From Antedon mediterranea (taxonomy: Eukaryota > Animalia > Echinodermata), in contig NC_092679.1 in assembly GCF_964355755.1 (NCBI RefSeq), positions 15,793,432 to 15,857,431 of the forward strand: DNA of 64,000 bases, read 5' to 3'. Numbering within the stretch: the first letter of the stretch is position 1; each line of letters begins with the position of its first letter. Below are positions 9,936 through 22,495 of the stretch, in pieces. The notes beneath the pieces are model-generated. The model did no database searches, had not been told where the DNA came from, and was given only the letters and a program-made list of their open reading frames with translations. Position numbers and translations under genes: made by a program.

Positions 9936-12149
9936 ATGGAAAAAAGTGATATTTCAGAAGTTGAATCAGAAAAAGAGGCATACGATTCAAATGTTACTGG
10001 TCCAATTTCAAACAGAGGTTGTACAGATGTAATCTGTTGCTTGATTTTTGTTTTGTTCGTTGCTGGGCTAGGAGTGATCGGTGGCATTGGTTTCAAGAGA
10101 GGTAATGCCCAGACATTAATCTACCAAACAGACTATCTTAACCAGGTGTGTGGTATATCAAAAGCAGTTGCTGACAAACCGTATCTTTTCTTCTTCGATT
10201 ATTTGAAGTGTTTGGAGGAGGCCAAACCCCCAACGTTTGACTGTCCGAGTTCAGGACAAGTTTGCGTCGAAAAATGCCCAACGGAAAACTATGCTATAAA
10301 CGTTAAGTATTATGATAAGCTGGATGATGCGACGCCTACTGGAGTTGACTGGGACGATTTCATTTGTGAATATGACATAGACGCAGAAGATGAAGTGATA
10401 AACAGAGGTTCCACCATTCAAGTCCTCTTAAATACAAAGAAATGTGCAAACTATTATACAAAAAGTGAACCATGGTTTAATCGCTGTTTTCCGAGTTTCA
10501 TAACATCTGAAGAGTGGGCAGGAAATGAAACAACACCAAATAACCAAAATATTACAAAAGATGCTCGTGATAATGCTTTAGAAATATTAAACTTTTATCA
10601 AAGATATGAACGTTTTAACAGCACAGTCGACGATTTAAAAAAAACACTGCCTTATATGATTATTGGAATAACAATATCTATGTTTGCTTCTTTGATTTAC
10701 ATCATACTAATTCGATGGCTTGCTGCCATTATGGTATTTAGCAGCATCATACTTGTCTATGCACTCTTGGTCTTTGCAACATACTTTTGCTGGAAAGAAC
10801 GAAACTGCATCAAAAATAATGAAAAAGATTGCACTTCGAATTCATTTGCAATTGCTGGCTACGATGAGATTACGAGTTACGCTAAAATGGAGCAAACTTG
10901 GTATATAACGGCCATTATTCTGAGTGTAATTATAGGAATTATGACGGTGATAATAACATTTCTAATCAATCGCATTCAACTTGCAATTCTTGGAATCAAC
11001 GAGGCGATTAGAGCAGTTTCATCAATGCTCTGTTCTCTTCTGTGGGCAATTATCCTGTTTGTAATGCAACTCGCCTTCCTGACATACTGGTGTTTTAGCG
11101 TTGTTTTTATAGCGTCTATTGCAAATTCACCTTACCAGATAAACACAACAGATGACAACTATACAGCGGGAGAAAGCTGTGATCCAACTGATGTTTACGA
11201 CACAACTGAATGTATCCTGGTTGTTGAGGACCTTGTTCCAAATTATGTTTTCTGGTTCCTTGCATACAGCCTAGTAGGGCTATTTTGGATCCTGAATTTC
11301 ATTAGTGCTCTTGGAGAAACAACATTGGCAGGAGCATTCGCAGGTTATTATTGGGCGTTTACTAAACCAGATGACATCAAATCGCTCCCATTATTTCGAT
11401 CTTTTTGGAGATGCAGTCGTTATCATATTGGATCGCTCGCTTTTGGTTCGCTTGTTATACCAATCATTCAGCCAATTCTTAGATGCATAGGATATGTAGC
11501 ACGATTTGCATGCATTTCAGGTGTCTTCTCAAAGTTTATTTATACGTGCTGTAAATGCTGCATCTGCCATTTTGAGGTTTTGAGATCTATGAATCACAAC
11601 GCGTACATCCACATTTCTGTACATGGTGAAAGCTTCTGTACATCAGCAAAAAACGCCTCCAATCTTCTCATAAGAAACATCACTACAGACGTCATCCTTG
11701 GAGGAATTCACTGGTTAATATTTCTTTTCGGTAAAATGTTAATAACTCTTGGCACGGTCTACGGAGCAACGGTATATTTCGGCAACTACTGGGACAAATC
11801 TTCTACTGATGATGAGATTGTATTTATTCCTAAATTGAACTATTTTTGGGCGCCAATCTTGTTCATGGCAATGGCTGCGTACGTGGTTGCAGACAGCTTC
11901 TTCGGGGTTTACGAAATGGCAATTGACACGTTGTTCTTTTGTTACCTGGAAGATCTAGAAGCTAGCGGTGATGAGAGAACAGCACAAAGACCGAATTCCG
12001 ACCACATGTTGGACATTCTCGAATCAAAGGTAAAATGCTGCTCGAATAACATTTCGCCCAATACGACGGAATCGAATCAACCTAACAGTACAGCATTGAA
12101 CACCATTTCTAATATAGACGAGACTGATACTAGGATCGATGGTAGTTAA
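9936..12149 (+). CDS. SLC44A2: SLC44A2-like choline transporter, copy 3, intronless
   Basis: 737-aa ORF paralogous to copies 1 and 2 (RGCTDVICC, LAGAFAGYYW, RYHIGSLAFGSL, DTLFFCYLED). Confidence 0.92.
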   Translation: MEKSDISEVESEKEAYDSNVTGPISNRGCTDVICCLIFVLFVAGLGVIGGIGFKRGNAQTLIYQTDYLNQVCGISKAVADKPYLFFFDYLKCLEEAKPPTFDCPSSGQVCVEKCPTENYAINVKYYDKLDDATPTGVDWDDFICEYDIDAEDEVINRGSTIQVLLNTKKCANYYTKSEPWFNRCFPSFITSEEWAGNETTPNNQNITKDARDNALEILNFYQRYERFNSTVDDLKKTLPYMIIGITISMFASLIYIILIRWLAAIMVFSSIILVYALLVFATYFCWKERNCIKNNEKDCTSNSFAIAGYDEITSYAKMEQTWYITAIILSVIIGIMTVIITFLINRIQLAILGINEAIRAVSSMLCSLLWAIILFVMQLAFLTYWCFSVVFIASIANSPYQINTTDDNYTAGESCDPTDVYDTTECILVVEDLVPNYVFWFLAYSLVGLFWILNFISALGETTLAGAFAGYYWAFTKPDDIKSLPLFRSFWRCSRYHIGSLAFGSLVIPIIQPILRCIGYVARFACISGVFSKFIYTCCKCCICHFEVLRSMNHNAYIHISVHGESFCTSAKNASNLLIRNITTDVILGGIHWLIFLFGKMLITLGTVYGATVYFGNYWDKSSTDDEIVFIPKLNYFWAPILFMAMAAYVVADSFFGVYEMAIDTLFFCYLEDLEASGDERTAQRPNSDHMLDILESKVKCCSNNISPNTTESNQPNSTALNTISNIDETDTRIDGS

Positions 12150-13396
12150 ATATAGGCCATCCAAGACACCCGCAGACGATGAGGCTTACATTTTGTAAAA
12201 GGTTTAGAAACAAAAAGATAAGATCGACATGAGGCTGTAAAATAATGACACTTAAAAGTTCATTTAGTCTTCAAACAAAAAAAATCTAAATATATTGTTG
12301 ATATTAAATTTGTTTTAGGAAAGATCGTCGGATTGCTGACTCTTGTTAGTTATATTAATCTTATTTACTTTAGCAGTCCCTGGATAATTAATTTCTGTAT
12401 ATTTTACATTATGGTTTGTTAGTCAAATAAATAAATGAAAATGAAATAAAATGTTGACAATAAGCAATCATTTTTCTGTGTAAATACTAAACAGTTATTA
12501 TGAAAGATATTTAGGCCTATACTTGACATAACAGTTTGCAATTACTTTATATGATCATTGTTTAAAATGTAATTGTCTAATCAATGTATAACAATTTAGA
12601 GAACCTCTTGATGTGCATGCAAGTAATTCCAAAGAGCTGGTTGTTTATATGATGAGCCATACAGATAATCCAGTTAGTTTGTTTGATTTATAAAGTGCGT
12701 AACCATTTTTGTCTGAAGTAATGTTTTGTGTAGTTTTGGGTGTTTCTTTATTTGACTGTTGTTTGTTTTCTTGTGTGTGTGTTTTTTTTATCTTACATGT
12801 GAAGAGAAACATTGTTTTTTCTTAAATGTGCAGGATATCTAATAATTTTGAAATCTTAAATCATGTATTGTTATTGTTTTCCATTATTGAAATTAATAAA
12901 TTGTCTTAAAATGAAACAAAATGTGCCACGTACTTTTCTATACTTGGTTAATAGTAATTTACACGAAGACAACGAGTTAGGGTTTAGATCATCCATGATG
13001 TTTGAGCGGGCAAGCACCCTGTATATTATCTCGATGACTATTACAAATTTACAAACCAACCTTCTACTAATCAAAGTGAAGTCCGTTAATTGTTATACAG
13101 TGGCTATTTTTCTAACTTTTCTCTAACAATGTGCTGTAGGCCTATGTATATTGAAAGTAAAACAGTAAATGGCAAAATTAGAAAATGAGAAGGCGACTTA
13201 GTTTTAAAGGCTGTAAAATTGAGGATTCCACAACGTTCGTTCTGCCCCAGAAAATCTCTCCGCGAACTGACATGTGAATGGAAGTAGCCTTAATAAAAGA
13301 ATGAGAACATAATTAAGACGGCATGGCCGGTAGTATTTTCATGTACCTGTACGATTGCTTACCATTGTAAAATGAAATAATAATTGTAATGAAGAA

Positions 13397-14809
13397 CTAG
13401 ATTTAATTCGTCACTATGACGAATTATAGGTTATATGCATTGATTTTAATAAAGATAATTGATTTTTAAAAGATATTTTGATTCATTGATTTTCTCAGAT
13501 TCTTTAATTATTTATAATAATGATAGGACCTTGCTAACGCGAATACAATAGCCGGTATCACAATCCGATCAAAGATCCCTCTGCGTATAATGTCATAAAC
13601 CACATTTGCTGTTACATAATAATAAAGACATAAGTTATTTTTTATCTAGATTTCATTATAAATCATGTGTATAATATATACACTAAGAAATAAATTTGAA
13701 CAAACAATACGGATAATAAAAAAAAAATCTTATTTCGTTTCCCAAGGTGAGACTCGATCTCGGTACCTTGAGTGCCATAGACACGAGCACACACCACCGA
13801 GCCATACACAACTGTCTAAAAATTGTAGAAAAATTCCTCCGTGTATTTACTATGCAGTAACCACTTTGGTGCAGATAGATTATTACATACCGCAATGAAT
13901 TATAATTTTTTACTATGATGACATCTCTAAAAATGTACAAAAATGATGCACTGTCAAACTATATACTTTTAACTTTAATATATGAACTTTTGGAGGAAGA
14001 AAGTTAATGTTAAGTTTGTTATTTTGGCCTAAGAAAATGTCATAATTTGTTTGATTGTCGAAATGAATTTTTTTAAATTTAATATGCAATTAATTATGGC
14101 TTAATCAACTTTTGTTCCCTTAGTTTAATAATAAATCATACATAAGATACATACACTTCAAGAAAATGAAATAAAAAATATGTGTTCCCGAGCATTCTGA
14201 CGATCTATATTAATTTTAAAATTTAGCATATTTTCACCATTTTGTTAACTTACACGTGCGTAGCCTGTCACTTTTGACGTGCTCGTATAAGGCAATTACG
14301 CGTTGAAAAGTGAATAAAATATGATGATATTATTAAAGAAAGGTTGTACAACCGAAATCGGACAAAAAGAGTGCGCATTAACGTATAACGCGCAGTGCGC
14401 GTGCAAAAATCTGCGCACTCATGGCAATTTTTTAAACGCTTAAAATTGCCTGAAACGTACTCTAATTTCATCGAAAATAAATTTTGACAATTTTGAACAT
14501 TTTAAGCGCGCGTACGCAAGCGTTATATGCGCTACGCACGTAATTGTATTGCCATATGATGAAATATGACCTGAAATTTATGAGTACCAAATTTTGTTTA
14601 ATTGTGATTCATGCTTGTGAAGATATGATTACAAACGTGATTTCGTAAAATCGCGCGTAGACCGCGTAATTTTTGATTACGCATCGTGAAAATATAACCA
14701 CATCGATTCCTGGCCATAAGGAATATACTCTGAAAAATTGACTTAGATAGATGAAACTGATATCAAGATAATTCACGGACAAAATAGTGCTAAGGAAAGA
14801 ATAAATAAA
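13397..14809 (-). mobile_element. Family A body A1 (outer element; matching 5' terminus at ~22556-22609)
   Basis: ctag-attt-aattcgtca/cta/tgacgaatt hairpin, then taggttatatgca subTIR; 1413 bp, near-identical to A2 and A3. Confidence 0.85.
13739..13810 (-). other. tRNA-derived (SINE-head-like) cassette inside family A (also in A2 and A3)
   Basis: Minus strand: tggctcggtgg (A-box-like) ... ggtaccgagatcgagtctc (degenerate B-box with T-stem); no proper acceptor stem. Confidence 0.55.
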
Positions 14810-16223
14810 CTAGATTTAATTCGTCACTATGACGAATTATAGGTTATATGCATTGATTTAAATAAAGATAATTGATTTTTAAAAGATATTTTGATTCATT
14901 GATTTTCTCAGATTCTTTAATTATTTATAATATAAGATAGGACCTTGCTAACGCGAATACAATAGCCGGTATCACAATCCGATCAAAGATCCCTCTGCGT
15001 ATAATGGCATAAACCACATTTGCTGTTACATAATAATAAAGACATAAGTTATTTTTTATCTAGATTTCATTACAAATCATGTGTATAATATATACACTAA
15101 GAAATAAATTTGAACAAACAATACGGATAATAAAAAAAAAATCTTATTTCGTTTCCCAAGGTGAGACTCGATCTCGGTACCTTGAGTGCCATAGACACGA
15201 GCACACACCACCGAGCCATACACAGCTGACTAAAAATTGTAGAAAAATTCCTCCGTGTATTTACTATGCAGTAACCACTTTGGTGCAGATAGATTATTAC
15301 ATACCGCAATGAATTATAATTTTTTACTATGATGACATCTCTAAAAATGTACAAAAAGGATGCACTGTCAAACTATATACTTTTAACTTTAATATATAAA
15401 CTTTTGAAGGAAGAAAGTTAATGTTAAGTTTGTTATTTTGGCCTAAGAAAATGTCATAATTTGTTTGATTGTCGAAATGAATTTTTTTTAATTTAATATG
15501 CAATTAATTATGGCTTAATCAACTTTTGTTCCCTTAGTTTAATAATAAATCATACATAAGATACATACACTTCAAGAAAATGAAATAAAAAATATGTGTT
15601 CCCGAGCATTCTGACGATCTATATTAATTTTAAAATTTAGCATATTTTCACCATTTTGTTAACTTACACGTGCGTAGCCTGTCACTTTTGACGTGCTCGT
15701 ATAAGGCAATTACGCGTTGAAAAGTGAATAAAATATGATGATATTATTAAAGAAAGGTTGTACAACCGAAATCGGACAAAAAGAGTGCGCATTAACGTAT
15801 AACGCGCAGTGCGCGTGCAAAAATCTGCGCACTCATGGCAATTTTTTAAACGCTTAAAATTGCCTGAAACGTACTCTAATTTCATCGAAAATAAATTTTG
15901 ACAATTTTGAACATTTTAAGCGCGCGTACGCAAGCGTTATATGCGCTACGCACGTAATTGTATTGCCATATGATGAAATATGACCTGAAATTTATGAGTA
16001 CCAAATTTTGTTTAATTGTGATTCATGCTTGTGAAGATGTGATTACAAACGTGATTTCGTAAAATCGCGCGTAGACCGCGTAATTTTTGATTACGCATCG
16101 TGAAAATATAACCACATCGATTCCTGGCCATAAGGAATATACTCTGAAAAATTGACTTAGATAGATGAAACTGATATCAAGATAATTCACGGACAAAATA
16201 GTGCTAAGGAAAGAATAAATAAA
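14810..16223 (-). mobile_element. Family A body A2 (5' terminus at ~17841-17900, separated by B1)
   Basis: Same termini and core as A1; carries several private substitutions. Confidence 0.85.
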
Positions 16224-16395
16224 CTAGAACTTAAACTCGTCACTTGAGGACGAGTTTGGTTATCCGCCAGCAACAAAGCGTATCTTGCGTATTCAAGTAC
16301 TTCCAAGTTATGACTTTTCCAAAAAAAGTAGGCTATTCAAAATTAAAACTGCCCTCTCAGTGTAATAACCAACTAAACCCTTTTAATTAATTGTT

Positions 16396-16468
16396 TTCCC
16401 GTGACGGGACTCGAACCCGGTACCTCTGATACCAAAGTCGGTTGCATTACACATCGAGCCATATGACC
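16396..16468 (-). other. tRNA-derived cassette inside family B (also in B2 and B3)
   Basis: Minus strand ggtcatatggctcgatgtg...ccgactttggtatcagaggtaccgggttcgagtcccg: A-box-like motif plus a good B-box (GGTTCGAGTCC); acceptor and anticodon stems degenerate. Confidence 0.65.
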
Positions 16469-17157
16469 ACCTGCTGACGAAAATCCGAAGAAAGAGTCCT
16501 CGTTCATTCGGTATGTCGTGAACCCCCTCGATGCAAGTTGATTATTACATATCAAACTTAAATCATAAATTTTACTATGATGAAATCTTCAAAAATTTTA
16601 AACGCTGATATTTTATGAAAGTACATACTTTCAAGTTTTATATATTAACATGTAAAGAAAAAAGATAAATGTTATGTTTATTGTTTTGCTCTTTGAATAA
16701 GTTTATGTTTGTTTGATGATAAATATTTCAAAAATTATATTTAATATGCAAATAATGTAGCCATCAAACACGTTTTAGCATTCAACACTATAATAAATCA
16801 GACCTATGATTCATACACTGCAAGAAATTAAAATAAAAAATGGTGGTAACCTTGCATTCTGATGAACTGTGTCATTTTTAAAAGTAGACATATTTTGGAA
16901 CATTTTCACAATTTGTTGACGTTTTCGTGCGCAACCTGTCATGTTTAACGTGCTCGTAGAACGCCATTTCAAGTTGAAAAGTGAATAAAATAACGTAAAA
17001 TTGTTAACAGAAGATTTAAAAACACAAATCGTGTAAAAGAAATGCTCATACCTGTTCCCTGCGCCGTGCGCGCGTAAAAATGTGCGCACCAGTGGCAATT
17101 TTTTAAACGCTTAAAATGACCTGAATCGTGCTCTAATTTAATCAGAAATTGATTTGA

Positions 17158-17765
17158 AGCATTTTAAAATTTCAAACGCCATTTACGCGCGCACTTTCTA
17201 ATGTTACAAATTGCGATAGCGTTAAAAAAGTTAACTATTGATGTGAAGCAAACGTGGCTGAAAATGACGTTAAAAAATATTCATTTGTTTCGAAGTTATA
17301 ACCAATTTAAGATTTTCAGAAAATCACGCGTAACTTACGCTACGCGGCTCTGACATCGTCAAAAAGCTTGGCTGGACAACTTCAGTAAAATGTCTATATG
17401 TTGAACAAGTTACAAAATGTTATGTTAATGCGTTACAGAGAAACAGCGTGCACAAATTAGGAGCATTTTAAAATTTCAAACGCAGTTTACGCGCAGACTT
17501 TCTAGTGTTCAAAAATTTGCTGAAGAGCGAAAAAGTTAGCCATTGATGTGAAGAAAACGTGGCTGAAAATTTCGTTAAAAAATATTTATCGGTTTCGAAG
17601 TTATGACCGATTTAAGATTTTCAGAAAATCGCGCGTAACTTACGCTACGCGGATCTGACATTGTCAAAAAGCTTCGCAGTACATCTTCAGTTAATTGTCT
17701 ATATGTTGACCAAGTTACAAAATGTTATGTTAACACGTTCAAGAGAAAACGCGTACACAAAATCG
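17158..17765. repeat. Diverged ~304-bp internal tandem dimer in family B (present in all three B copies)
   Basis: agcattttaaaatttcaaacgc... starts at 17158 and again at 17462 with colinear similarity. Confidence 0.85.
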
Positions 17766-17904
17766 GAGAAAGAAAGAAGAATAATAAAAAAAAAAAGTAA
17801 CACTACAATAACAAAGGTTATCCGCTTGAGGCGGATAACCAATAAATAAAGATTTTGACAGAATCAAGAGGTTATATGCATGATAATGCATATAACCTAA
17901 TAAA

Positions 17905-19318
17905 CTAGATTTAATTCGTCACTATGACGAATTATAGGTTATATGCATTGATTTTAATAAAGATAATTGATTTTTAAAAGATATTTTGATTCATTGATTT
18001 TCTCAGATTCTTTAATTATTTATAATATATGATAGGACCTTGCTAACGCGAATACAATAGCCGGTATCACAATCCGATCAAAGATCCCTCTGCGTATAAT
18101 GTCATAAACCACATTTGCTGTTACATAATAATAAAGACATAAGTTATTTTTTATCTAGATTTCATTATAAATCATGTGTATAATATATACACTAAGAAAT
18201 AAATTTGAACAAACAATACGGATAATAAAAAAAAAATCTTATTTCGTTTCCCAAGGTGAGACTCGATCTCGGTACCTTGAGTGCCATAGACACGAGCACA
18301 CACCACCGAGCCATGCACAACTGTCTAAAAATTGTAGAAAAATTCCTCCGTGTATTTACTATGCAGTAACCACTTTGGTGCAGATAGATTATTACATACC
18401 GCAATGAATTATAATTTTTTACTATGATGACATCTCTAAAAATGTACAAAAATGATGCACTGTCAAACTATATACTTTTAACTTTAATATATGAACTTTT
18501 GGAGGAAGAAAGTTAATGTTAAGTTTGTTATTTTGGCCTAAGAAAATGTCATAATTTGTTTGATTGTCGAAATGAATTTTTTAAAATTTAATATGCAATT
18601 AATTATGGCTTAATCAACTTTTGTTCCCTTAGTTTAATAATAAATCATACATAAGATACATACACTTCAAGAAAATGAAATAAAAAATATGTGTTCCCGA
18701 GCATTCTGACGATCTATATTAATTTTAAAATTTAGCATATTTTCACCATTTTGTTAACTTACACGTGCGTAGCCTGTCACTTTTGACGTGCTCGTATAAG
18801 GCAATTACGCGTTGAAAAGTGAATAAAATATGATGATATTATTAAAGAAAGGTTGTACAACCGAAATCGGACAAAAAGAGTGCGCATTAACGTATAACGC
18901 GCAGTGCGCGTGCAAAAATCTGCGCACTCATGGCAATTTTTTAAACGCTTAAAATTGCCTGAAACGTACTCTAATTTCATCGAAAATAAATTTTGACAAT
19001 TTTGAACATTTTAAGCGCGCGTACGCAAGCGTTATATGCGCTACGCACGTAATTGTATTGCCATATGATGAAATATGACCTGAAATTTATGAGTACCAAA
19101 TTTTGTTTAATTGTGATTCATGCTTGTGAAGATATGATTACAAACGTGATTTCGTAAAATCGCGCGTAGACCGCGTAATTTTTGATTACGCATCGTGAAA
19201 ATATAACCACATCGATTCCTGGCCATAAGGAATATACTCTGAAAAATTGACTTAAATAGATGAAACTGATATCAAGATAATTCACGGACAAAATAGTGCT
19301 AAGGAAAGAATAAATAAA
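17905..19318 (-). mobile_element. Family A body A3 (5' terminus at ~22496-22555)
   Basis: Near-identical to A1; same left-end hairpin and subTIR. Confidence 0.85.
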
Positions 19319-20879
19319 CTAGAACTTAAACTCGTCACTTGAGGACGAGTTTGGTTATCCGCCAGCAACAAAGCGTATCTTGCGTATTCAAGTACTTCCA
19401 AGTTATGACTTTTCCAAAAAAAGTAGGCTATTCAAAATTAAAACTGCCCTCTCAGTGTAATAACCAACTAAACCCTTTTAATTAATTGTTTTCCCGTGAC
19501 GGGACTCGAACCCGGTACCTCTGATACCAAAGTCGGTTGCATTACACATCGAGCCATATGACCACCTGCTGACGAAAATCCGAAGAAAGAGTCCTCGTTC
19601 ATTCGGTATGTCGTGAACCCCCTCGATGCAAGTTGATTATTACATATCAAACTTAAATCATAAATTTTACTATGATGAAATCTTCAAAAATTTTAAACGC
19701 TGATATTTTATGAAAGTACATACTTTCAAGTTTTATATATTAACATGTAAAGAAAAAAGATAAATGTTATGTTTATTGTTTTGCTCTTTGAATAAGTTTA
19801 TGTTTGTTTGATGATAAATATTTCAAAAATTATATTTAATATGCAAATAATGTAGCCATCAAACACGTTTTAGCATTCAACACTATAATAAATCAGACCT
19901 ATGATTCATACACTGCAAGAAATTAAAATAAAAAATGGGGGTAACCTTGCATTCTGATGAACTGTGTCATTTTTAAAAGTAGACATATTTTGGAACATTT
20001 TCACAATTTGTTGACGTTTTCGTGCGCAACCTGTCATGTTTAACGTGCTCGTAGAACGCCATTTCAAGTTGAAAAGTGAATAAAATAACGTAAAATTGTT
20101 AACAGAAGATTTAAAAACACAAATCGTGTAAAAGAAATGCTCATACCTGTTCCCTGCGCCGTGCGCGCGTAAAAATGTGCGCACCAGTGGCAATTTTTTA
20201 AACGCTTAAAATGACCTGAATCGTGCTCTAATTTAATCAGAAATTGATTTGAAGCATTTTAAAATTTCAAACGCCATTTACGCGCGCACTTTCTAATGTT
20301 ACAAATTGCGATAGCGTTAAAAAAGTTAACTATTGATGTGAAGCAAACGTGGCTGAAAATGACGTTAAAAAATATTCATTTGTTTCGAAGTTATAACCAA
20401 TTTAAGATTTTCAGAAAATCACGCGTAACTTACGCTACGCGGCTCTTACATCGTCAAAAAGCTTGGCTGGACAACTTCAGTAAAATGTCTATATGTTGAA
20501 CAAGTTACAAAATGTTATGTTAACGCGTTACAGAGAAACAGCGTGCACAAATTAGGAGCATTTTAAAATTTCAAACGCAGTTTACGCGCAGACTTTCTAG
20601 TGTTCAAAAATTTGCTGAAGAGCGAAAAAGTTAGCCATTGATGTGAAGAAAACGTGGCTGAAAATTTCGTTAAAAAATATTTATCGGTTTCGAAGTTATG
20701 ACCGATTTAAGATTTTCAGAAAATCGCGCGTAACTTACGCTACGCGGATCTGACATTGTCAAAAAGCTTCGCAGTACATCTTCAGTTAATTGTCTATATG
20801 TTGACCAAGTTACAAAATGTTATGTTAACACGTTCAAGAGAAAACGCGTACACAAAATCTGAGAAAGAAAGAAGAATAA
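19319..20879 (-). mobile_element. Family B body B2 (no separate right-hand terminus)
   Basis: Near-identical to B1; ends at gaagaataa|ctag where B3 begins. Confidence 0.8.
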
Positions 20880-22495
20880 CTAGAACTTAAACTCGTCACT
20901 TGAGGACGAGTTTGGTTATCCGCCCGCAACAAAACGTATCTTGCGTATTAAAGTACTTCTCAGTTATGACTTTTCCAAAAAAGTAGCTTATTCAAAATTA
21001 AAACTTCCCTTTCAGTGTAATAACCTAATAAATCCTTTTAATTAATTGCTTTCCCGTGATGGGATTCGATCCCGGTACCTCTAATACCAAAGTCGGTTGC
21101 ACTACACATCGAGCCATATGAGCACCTGTTGAAGAAAATCCGAAGGAAGAGTCCTAGTTCATTCGGTATGTCGTGAACCCTCTCGATGCAAGTTGATTAT
21201 TACATATCGAACTTAAATCATAATTTTTACTATGATGAAATCTTCACAAATTTTAAACAGTGACATATTATGAAAGTGCATACTTTCAAGTTTTATATAT
21301 TAACATGTAAAGAAAAAAGATAAACGTTATGTTTATTGTTTTACTCTTTGAATATGTTTATGTTTGTTTGTTGATAATTATTTCAAAAATTACATTTAAT
21401 ATGCAAATAATGTAGCCATCAAACACGTTTTAGCATTCAACACTATAATAAATCAGACCTATGATTCATACACTGCAAGAAATTAAAATAAAAAATGGGG
21501 GTAACCTTGCATTCTGATGAACTGTGTCATTTTTAAAAGTAGACATATTTTGCAACATTTTCACAATTTGTTGACGTTTTCGTGCGCAACCTGTCATGTT
21601 TAACGTGCACGTAGAACGCCATTTGAAGTTGAAAAGTGAATAAAATAACGTAAAATTGTTAACCGAAGATTTAAAAACACAAATCGTGGAAAAGAAATGC
21701 TCATACCTGTTTCCTGCGCCGTGCGCGCGTAAAAATGTGCGCACCAGTGGCAATTTTTTAAACGCTTAAAATGACCTGAATCGTGCTCTAATTTAATCAG
21801 AAATTGATTTGAAGCATTTTAAAATTTCAAACGCCATTTACGCGCGCACTTTCTAATGTTACAAATTGCGATAGCGTTAAAAAAGTTAACTATTGATGTG
21901 AAGCAAACGTGGCTGAAAATGACGTTAAAAAATATTCATTTGTTTCGAAGTTATAACCAATTTAAGATTTTCAGAAAATCACGCGTAACTTACGCTACGC
22001 GGCTCTGACATCGTCAAAAAGCTTGGCTGGACAACTTCAGTAAAATGTCTATATGTTGAACAAGTTACAAAATGTTATGTTAACGCGTTACAGAGAAACA
22101 GCGTGCACAAATTAGGAGCATTTTAAAATTTCAAACGCAGTTTACGCGCAGATTTTCTAGTGTTCAAAAATTTGCTGAAGAGCGAAAAAGTTAGCCATTG
22201 ATGTGAAGAAAACGTGGCTGAAAATTTCGTTAAAAAATATTTATCGGTTTCGAAGTTATGACCGATTTAAGATTTTCAGAAAATCGCGCGTAACTTACGC
22301 TACGCGGATCTGACATTGTCAAAAAGCTTCGCAGTACATCTTCAGTTAATTGTCTATATGTTGACCAAGTTACAAAATGTTATGTTAACACGTTCAAGAG
22401 AAAACGCGTACACAAAATCCGAGAAAGAAAGAAGAATAATAAAAAAAAAAAGTAACACTACAATAACAAAGGTTATCCGCTTGAGGCGGATAACC
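20880..22495 (-). mobile_element. Family B element B3 (variant)
   Basis: Same termini as B1; the first several hundred bp carry many substitutions relative to B1/B2. Confidence 0.85.

Larger units (their letters stand above)
16224..17840 (-). mobile_element. Family B complete element B1, nested in A2
   Basis: ctagaactt-aaactcgtc/acttgag/gacgagttt hairpin + ggttatccgc subTIR at left; palindrome ggttatccgc-ttgag-gcggataacc at right. Confidence 0.85.

Noticed and set aside
16396-16468. Functional tRNA gene
   Set aside because: Acceptor stem does not pair and the anticodon arm is irregular; embedded in a TE, so treated as tRNA-derived.
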